From assembly GCA_021777375.1 (NCBI GenBank), contig JAJYDV010000001.1, forward strand, positions 11,347 through 75,346: a stretch of DNA of 64,000 nucleotides, in the 5' to 3' direction. Under the pieces are notes generated by a model. It did no database searches and was not told where the DNA came from. It worked only from the letters and a program-made list of their open reading frames with translations. This DNA is from a bacterium. Lineage in GTDB: Bacteria > Patescibacteriota > Saccharimonadia > Saccharimonadales > UBA4665. A program made the translations under genes and the position numbers. Numbering within the stretch: position 1 is the first letter of the stretch; each line of letters begins with the position of its first letter. Positions 58,651-64,000 of the stretch are shown here, in pieces.

Positions 58651-59721
58651 TTAGCTAGCTAAAGCAGAATCCTGCTCCGCATCAGTCAATACATAGGTTG
58701 CTTTAGCTACCCGGCGGAATTGAGGTTTGCCTTGTAGATTCAAAAGAATAGTGGTTTCTTTAACAAAACGGCTTTTAAGTACTCTTTTTACGATCTCATC
58801 ACGGTGAAGAGGCTGGTTAGCTTCTTTCAAAACCTCTTGAATTATATCTGCCACAGTACCTTTCTTATAGCCCCATTCTTTTAGAGCGTAAATACCGCGG
58901 CCGATTAATACGAATCTCTTGTCTTTGATTAGTTCGTTATGAATTGCTTGGGTAGTAACATTATTCCGCTTAAAATCGCTGTCTTTGATTGCGGCTGCAA
59001 TTTCGTTGAAGTGCATATGTCGAGCGTTTTGTTTAAGAATAACGTAAATCTTATCCCGAATATTTTTAGGGTTTACTAAAGGCCACTTAATTAGTCCCCA
59101 TTGACCATTTAAAGTGGCTAAGTGCTTAGAGACGCTAGCTAAAGCTTCTGCCTGTTCCTTATTGTCTATGGCAGCTTGTTTTGCTATATCAGAAATTGAT
59201 CTCGGGGCTCCAAGTTTAGTTACTAAATCGACAATTTGAGTTACCGTAGATTTGAGAGACTTTTCTGTAAATAGCTTACTGTTAACCACACTGGCAAAAT
59301 AATTATCGTCATCGCCAATTAATATTAAGTTGGGACAGAGATTACAAAGAAATGCTACTCGTGATTGTTCATTACGATCGCTTCCTTCTACAAGCTTGTT
59401 AGCTAAATAGCTAACCCGCATGACGCTACCACTACTCTGCAAAAGTGATAAAACTTCAGTTTCAAAATTATCAATGCCCTTTAATGAGTGGCTCTCCCCT
59501 GCTAACTGAAGTTTACCCATTACGCTTTTTTCTAGTTGGCGAACGCGCTCGCGTGTAATACCGAGCAATTCACCAATTTGCTCTAATGTTTCTTTGCGCT
59601 CAAATAGACCGAAACGACGAGAAATAATTTCTCTCTCCCTTTCACGGTCTATTGAACCTAGAACAGCGTTTACAAGTTCCTTGGTTGAGATAGCATGCTG
59701 AGTAGTGTTATTGCTTTTCAT
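58651..59721 (-). CDS. Sigma70 region-4-like HTH protein with C-terminal winged-helix (HARE-HTH-like) repeats
   Basis: REREIISRRFGL...TLEQIG..LGITRERVRQLE; HNELIKDKRFVLIGRGIYALKEWG; no sigma region 2. Confidence 0.8.
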   Translation of the reverse strand: MKSNNTTQHAISTKELVNAVLGSIDREREREIISRRFGLFERKETLEQIGELLGITRERVRQLEKSVMGKLQLAGESHSLKGIDNFETEVLSLLQSSGSVMRVSYLANKLVEGSDRNEQSRVAFLCNLCPNLILIGDDDNYFASVVNSKLFTEKSLKSTVTQIVDLVTKLGAPRSISDIAKQAAIDNKEQAEALASVSKHLATLNGQWGLIKWPLVNPKNIRDKIYVILKQNARHMHFNEIAAAIKDSDFKRNNVTTQAIHNELIKDKRFVLIGRGIYALKEWGYKKGTVADIIQEVLKEANQPLHRDEIVKRVLKSRFVKETTILLNLQGKPQFRRVAKATYVLTDAEQDSALAS

Positions 59722-59750
59722 CACTTTAAGTATCGTTATTGACTGCTAAT

Positions 59751-59779
59751 ATTATATAACTAATATTACTAAAAGTCAA
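59751..59779 (-). promoter_or_regulatory. Sigma70-type promoter of the sigma-region-4-like gene
   Basis: Minus strand TTGACT-17nt-TATAAT. Confidence 0.75.
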
Positions 59780-59878
59780 AATTACCTCTTTCTTGTCTTA
59801 TTGTAGCACAATAATGACTATAATGCGTAGACCATGTTCTAAAAGCTTGTCATATAACAGATTTGCATCAGTGGAAAA

Positions 59879-62158
59879 CTACTTGGATTTTTTAAATCGG
59901 CGGTGTTTAGTGGGAGTTTTTGCTAGCAAATCTTCAGCTTCTTTTTGGGTAATTTTCGTCGGATCCTGCTCTTTAGCTATACGAACATTACGCTTGCCGT
60001 TAGTAATATAAGGGCCATAAGGGCCTTTTAGGATTTTTATCCCCTTCTCCAGCACTTTTAGCTGTTTATTTGCATCTGTATTTAGTTTATCTGTATATAG
60101 TTTTTTGGCCTCTACTTCGCTAATTTGATGCGGATCATAACCCTTGATAGATACGAAAACAGAGCCAACTTTAATATATGGACCAAACCGCCCAATATTT
60201 GCTAGGATATCTTCTCCGGCATCAGTTTTGCCAACCAGTCTGGGCAGCTTAAACATTTCTAAAGCTTCTGTTAATTCAACATTATCCAAAGTTTTACCGG
60301 CTGGTAGGGGTGCAAATTCAGGCTTTATATCACCGCTTGTCTCTCCACGTTGCAACATCGGTCCATATCTTCCGAATCGAGCGTAGATCGGTATATTACT
60401 GTTTGGATCTTGTCCCAGTAATCTTGCCTGGGATACTTCGTGTCGCGAAACATCTTGGGTCTGTTCGACTAGTGGATGAAAGTCTTTGTAAAAATTGCCT
60501 ATCATCTTGCTCCAGGGCAGTTTACCACCGGCAATCTCGTCAAAGTGAGCCTCGACGCTAGCCGTAAATGCGTAATCAACTATCGATGGGAAGTATTTAG
60601 TAAGAAAGTCTGTAGTGACTTCCGCAATCGCTGTCGGGATCAACTTATTCTTATCAGCACCGACATTTTCTTTTTCTTCGGAAATTTCAATTTTCTGATT
60701 TATAAAGCGAATTAATTTTAGAGAGCGTTCTTCACCTTCGAGATCAGTTTTCTCAACATAACCACGGCTTTGGATGGTTGAAATAGTTGGAGCATAGGTG
60801 CTAGGGCGGCCAATCCCAAGTTCTTCAAGTTTCCGAACTAAACTGGCCTCTGAGTAGCGTGCTGGACCCCTGCTAAATTGCTGTTTAGCTTCTACCTCTC
60901 TAAGTTTTAGTTCATTCCCGATCTTCAGTTTCGGCAAGATAACATCTTCTTTCGTTCCTCCCCAGACGCGCATAAAGCCGTCAAAAATTAAGCTCTCACC
61001 CTTTGCTATAAACAGCTCGCTCTGATTGGATATAGAGATCTGCATCTCGCTGCGGTTAATTTTAGCTTCAGCCATTTGTGAAGCTACCGTTCGTTTCCAA
61101 ATCAAATCATAAAGTTTTTGTTCCGCTGAGTCTCCTGCTATGCTGCGGGCGTTTACGTCTGTCGGCCTGATGGCCTCATGTGCTTCTTGGGCGCTGGCGA
61201 CTCTGGTCTTAAATTGGCGAACATGCTGATATTCCTCACCATATTCTTTCTTAATAAAATCGCCAATTGATGCAATTGCAAGTGATGATAACAGCGTGGA
61301 GTCAGTTCTCATATAGGTGATTTTTCCAGCTTCATATAGATGCTGGGCGACAGTCATAGTCTGGCGTACTGAAAATCCTAAACGTCGCGATGCTTCTTGC
61401 TGGAGAGTACTGGTAATAAATGGGGCCCCAGGGCTGCGATGGCTGGGTTTAGTGCTTAAGTCACTTAATTTAAAGCTTGCCTCTGCGGTTTTTTTAATCC
61501 ACGCTTCGGCAATATCTGGATCTAAAAGTTGAGTATTTAATTGCGCAGGAATCTCACTTTGCCCATGAACAAAAACAGCTGTAACTTTAAAATTTGGTAT
61601 CGGTTCAAAGCTTCGTATCTCTCTTTCCCGCTCGACAATTAGGCGCACGGCTACGGATTGAACGCGACCGGCGCTCAGCCCGGGTCGAACTTTCTTCCAT
61701 AACAGGGGGCTTAGTTCATAGCCAACTAAGCGATCTAGTACCCTTCTAGCCTGCTGGGCATCCACTAAATGTAGGTCGATTGTGCGCGGGCTCTTAACAG
61801 CCTCCTCGATTGCTGGTTTTGTTATTTCATGAAAAACAATTCGTTTTGTCTGAGCTGGGTCTAAAGATAGAGCTTGTGCTAGGTGCCAGGCAATAGCTTC
61901 TCCTTCACGGTCTTCATCGCTAGCTAGTAGCACTTGATGCTTTAGCGCCAGTTGCTTGAGCTCTTTCACTATCTTCTTTTTATCTAAGCTTATCTCATAC
62001 CTTGGCGCATAACCATGCTCGATATCTATATTCAGGCCTTTTTTAGGAAGATCGCGAATATGACCGAAGCTGCTTTTAACAATATAGTCACTTCCTAAAA
62101 AACGTTCTATAGTTTTAGCTTTAGCCGGGCTTTCAACAATTACTAGGTTTTTTGGCAT
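59879..62158 (-). CDS. topA: DNA topoisomerase I
   Basis: VESPAKAK, DEDREGE, SAGRVQS, ITYMRTD, GIGRPSTY; C-terminal GRFGPY repeats instead of zinc fingers. Confidence 0.97.
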   Translation of the reverse strand: MPKNLVIVESPAKAKTIERFLGSDYIVKSSFGHIRDLPKKGLNIDIEHGYAPRYEISLDKKKIVKELKQLALKHQVLLASDEDREGEAIAWHLAQALSLDPAQTKRIVFHEITKPAIEEAVKSPRTIDLHLVDAQQARRVLDRLVGYELSPLLWKKVRPGLSAGRVQSVAVRLIVEREREIRSFEPIPNFKVTAVFVHGQSEIPAQLNTQLLDPDIAEAWIKKTAEASFKLSDLSTKPSHRSPGAPFITSTLQQEASRRLGFSVRQTMTVAQHLYEAGKITYMRTDSTLLSSLAIASIGDFIKKEYGEEYQHVRQFKTRVASAQEAHEAIRPTDVNARSIAGDSAEQKLYDLIWKRTVASQMAEAKINRSEMQISISNQSELFIAKGESLIFDGFMRVWGGTKEDVILPKLKIGNELKLREVEAKQQFSRGPARYSEASLVRKLEELGIGRPSTYAPTISTIQSRGYVEKTDLEGEERSLKLIRFINQKIEISEEKENVGADKNKLIPTAIAEVTTDFLTKYFPSIVDYAFTASVEAHFDEIAGGKLPWSKMIGNFYKDFHPLVEQTQDVSRHEVSQARLLGQDPNSNIPIYARFGRYGPMLQRGETSGDIKPEFAPLPAGKTLDNVELTEALEMFKLPRLVGKTDAGEDILANIGRFGPYIKVGSVFVSIKGYDPHQISEVEAKKLYTDKLNTDANKQLKVLEKGIKILKGPYGPYITNGKRNVRIAKEQDPTKITQKEAEDLLAKTPTKHRRFKKSK

Positions 62159-62235
62159 TACTTAATCTTACGCAATAGCAGCATAAGTATGCAATTAATT
62201 AATAAATTTTCTTAAGCTAACTTTAAAATACATCA

Positions 62236-62409
62236 TTAAAATCCAGTATTTCGTGCGACTTGATAACCAATGTATATCCCTGACAAAGAGCCAACTGTGC
62301 TAAGTAGTATGCTCCAGCCGCCAAACCAATTACCATGATCGATTAGTGCTCCTATCCATCCGCCTAGGGATCCAAACACAATGATTGAGACTGAGATTAT
62401 GACCTTCAT
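62236..62409 (-). CDS. 57-aa two-TM glycine-rich membrane protein (below ORF-track cutoff)
   Basis: MKVIISVSIIVFGSLGGWIGALIDHGNWFGGWSILLSTVGSLSGIYIGYQVARNTGF; TG-n-TAAACT -10 element 6 nt upstream. Confidence 0.75.
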   Translation of the reverse strand: MKVIISVSIIVFGSLGGWIGALIDHGNWFGGWSILLSTVGSLSGIYIGYQVARNTGF

Positions 62410-62476
62410 TAGGGTAGTTTAGCACAAGCGTTTGCCGACGCGCATTTGCATTATATTAATGATTGTTAAATAACTA

Positions 62477-62505
62477 TTGACATAAGAACATACATTTGCT
62501 AATAT
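62477..62505 (+). promoter_or_regulatory. Strong sigma70-type promoter with no convincing downstream CDS
   Basis: TTGACA-17nt-TAATAT with extended TG. Confidence 0.75.
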
Positions 62506-62511
62506 TGCCAT

Positions 62512-62872
62512 TTGTGAGTTTTGGTATTATTTAAAACTCATGCACCTTTATTCAAATCTAAAAATGTTAGATTGCTTTAGAGCTTAGGGACAAAATTATG
62601 TAGTTGTTACCCTCCTCTACAGTATCCCAGAAGCTGCTAATTTATTTAGCGCTTTGTTCTAAAGCAAACTAATCCCTTTAAGTATTATCCCGATCATGTG
62701 CGAGCCTAAATGGTTTTACGGTTTTTCCGTAAAGACGCACGTCTTAATTGATTTAAGTTTGCGTGTTTGTTTCGCTCGGGTGGGCTTGAAGGGCTGGATG
62801 GGGACGATTTCGATCATCCCCAATAACAGACTGACGAGCGGTGCCCACCCCCTCTCGTCGGTCTGTTATTGA
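62512..62872 (+). ncRNA. Candidate large structured ncRNA, family unknown
   Basis: Many helices with G-U pairs, two possible pseudoknots, TTCG loop, terminal 18-bp hairpin. Confidence 0.62.
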
Positions 62873-62875
62873 TTT
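62821..62875 (+). terminator. Terminator-like 18-bp hairpin at the convergence with pth
   Basis: CAATAACAGACTGACGAG / CTCGTCGGTCTGTTATTG with a T-rich 3' side on + strand. Confidence 0.55.
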
Positions 62876-63515
62876 AGACTATAAATGATCTAGTTTCGGT
62901 TGGTAGACTTTTGTTATAAATGAATTCGCTTAAAATTGCAGTGCACTCCATTTTCAGGTTATTCAGCTGTTCCTCTTCTTTAGCTTCAAACTTCTGTAAT
63001 ACAAAATCTGCACTATCTATTTTCGGCGGTAACTTGGGACCAATGCCGATTCTTATGCGTCCGTAAGATTCTCCAAGATGTTCGCTTATTGATTTAATGC
63101 CATTATGTCCCGCGTCTTGACCACCAATACGGGTTCTAATCTGGCCAAAGTTAATGTCTAATTCATCATGTATGACAACTAAATGCTCTAATTGGGCCTT
63201 ATAATAGCCTACTACGCTTGCAACAGAATCACCGCTCAGGTTCATGTAGGTAGTCGGCTTAACGGCAATCACTTGGCTTTCTCCGATGCGTCCAGAAGAA
63301 AATAAGCACTTAAGGTCGCTTTTTCCTACCCAGTCACTCATCTCGGTGAACTTTGAAACAAACTGGTCTAAACAGTCAAAACCAATATTATGCCTTGTTC
63401 CTAAGTATTCTTTACCGGGATTTCCTAGACCAACTAGGATCAAAATATTATTTTGCCCGCTAGTGTAGTAAGTTATCGGCATTGAAGCTTGAGGGCGTTT
63501 TTGTAGCCAGGACAT
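62874..63515 (-). CDS. pth: Peptidyl-tRNA hydrolase
   Basis: VGLGNPG, TRHNIGF, KPTTYMNLSG, HDELD, GHNGIKS; ATG overlaps der stop (TAATG). Confidence 0.95.
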   Translation of the reverse strand: MSWLQKRPQASMPITYYTSGQNNILILVGLGNPGKEYLGTRHNIGFDCLDQFVSKFTEMSDWVGKSDLKCLFSSGRIGESQVIAVKPTTYMNLSGDSVASVVGYYKAQLEHLVVIHDELDINFGQIRTRIGGQDAGHNGIKSISEHLGESYGRIRIGIGPKLPPKIDSADFVLQKFEAKEEEQLNNLKMECTAILSEFIYNKSLPTETRSFIV

Positions 63516-64000
63516 TAACTTTCCTCCGACTTTGTGACTGTGGCTTTGGCTCTGGAAAGTCTGTTTTCCCGGTTGTCGATAAACCAAATCTGAATCGGAT
63601 TTCCAAAAAAACCGAAATTATCACGTAGTTTGTTCTCTAGATAACGCCTGTAACTCCAATGTATAAAACGCGTCTGAGTACCGAATATTTTAAATGCCGG
63701 AATCGGATTATCCGTTTCCTGTACCATATAGTTCAGCTTTGGCATTCGGTTCTTCAGGCCAGCCGGCGGGTGTTCACGCACCATACGAGTAAGCCAGTTA
63801 TTTAGTTCGTGAGTCGAAACGCTAATATCTCTTGCCTGCTTAATCTTAAGCACTAAGTCAAAAAGCTTAGTAACATTTTGGCCAGTAATTGATGAAGTTA
63901 CAATTAAGGGCGCCCAAGCTACAAACTCAAATTCTGCCGATATTTTCTTAATAAACATATCATACTCAAATCCTTCATCTTGCTCTGACAAAACGTCCCA
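63515..64000 (-). CDS. der: Ribosome biogenesis GTPase Der (EngA), C-terminal part
   Basis: WD of the NKWD motif at the window edge, G5-like SSITG, KH-like domain SYRRYLENKLRDNFGFFGNPI. Confidence 0.9.
   Translation of the reverse strand, partial: WDVLSEQDEGFEYDMFIKKISAEFEFVAWAPLIVTSSITGQNVTKLFDLVLKIKQARDISVSTHELNNWLTRMVREHPPAGLKNRMPKLNYMVQETDNPIPAFKIFGTQTRFIHWSYRRYLENKLRDNFGFFGNPIQIWFIDNRENRLSRAKATVTKSEES

Noticed and set aside
62799..62871. Hammerhead ribozyme (CTGACGA at 62831) or tmRNA 5' end (GGGGATGA on minus strand)
   Set aside because: No GAAA after a stem II and the motif is buried in a helix; no T-arm, acceptor 3' end or tag frame for tmRNA
62696..62872. 58-aa + strand ORF (MCEPKWFYG...) inside the candidate ncRNA
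   Set aside because: No SD, no protein-like features, and it runs through strong helices; RNA structure explains the region better
483..63468. Many 60-125 aa ORFs nested in or antisense to housekeeping genes
   Set aside because: Shadow ORFs of well-supported genes with no motifs or independent expression signals
1..64000. Alternative genetic code 25 as in some CPR lineages
   Set aside because: RF2 is present and TGA ends conserved genes at the expected positions (frr, proS, parB-scale ORFs are uninterrupted)

Overview
Core-genome window of a small-genome bacterium with the gene content and style of Candidatus Saccharimonadia (TM7, Patescibacteria/CPR); the taxon is inferred, not measured. 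Standard code 11 (both RF1 and RF2 present, TGA used as stop). Mostly + strand housekeeping genes: class II RNR, IleRS/ProRS/LysRS/SerRS/GlyRS, rpsB-tsf-frr, parAB, secA, prfA/prfB, ftsEX, pyrG, xseAB, recO, a reduced dcw cluster, topA, pth and der. No rRNA, tRNA, CRISPR array or transposase was seen. The best leads are: (1) an inserted tasA-like/sipW cassette whose peptidase carries its own C-terminal SipW-type signal peptide plus a copy of the TasA N-terminal donor-strand-like segment; (2) a ~360-nt pseudoknotted candidate ncRNA with its own consensus promoter beside pth; (3) structured RNA elements and a repeated A-rich motif inside the mraZ-rsmH-ftsL operon; (4) an adjacent His-less pseudo-kinase and Asp-to-Glu pseudo-receiver pair; (5) an actinobacterial-style ultrashort ileS T-box. 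All RNA folds and family calls were made by eye, with no searches run.
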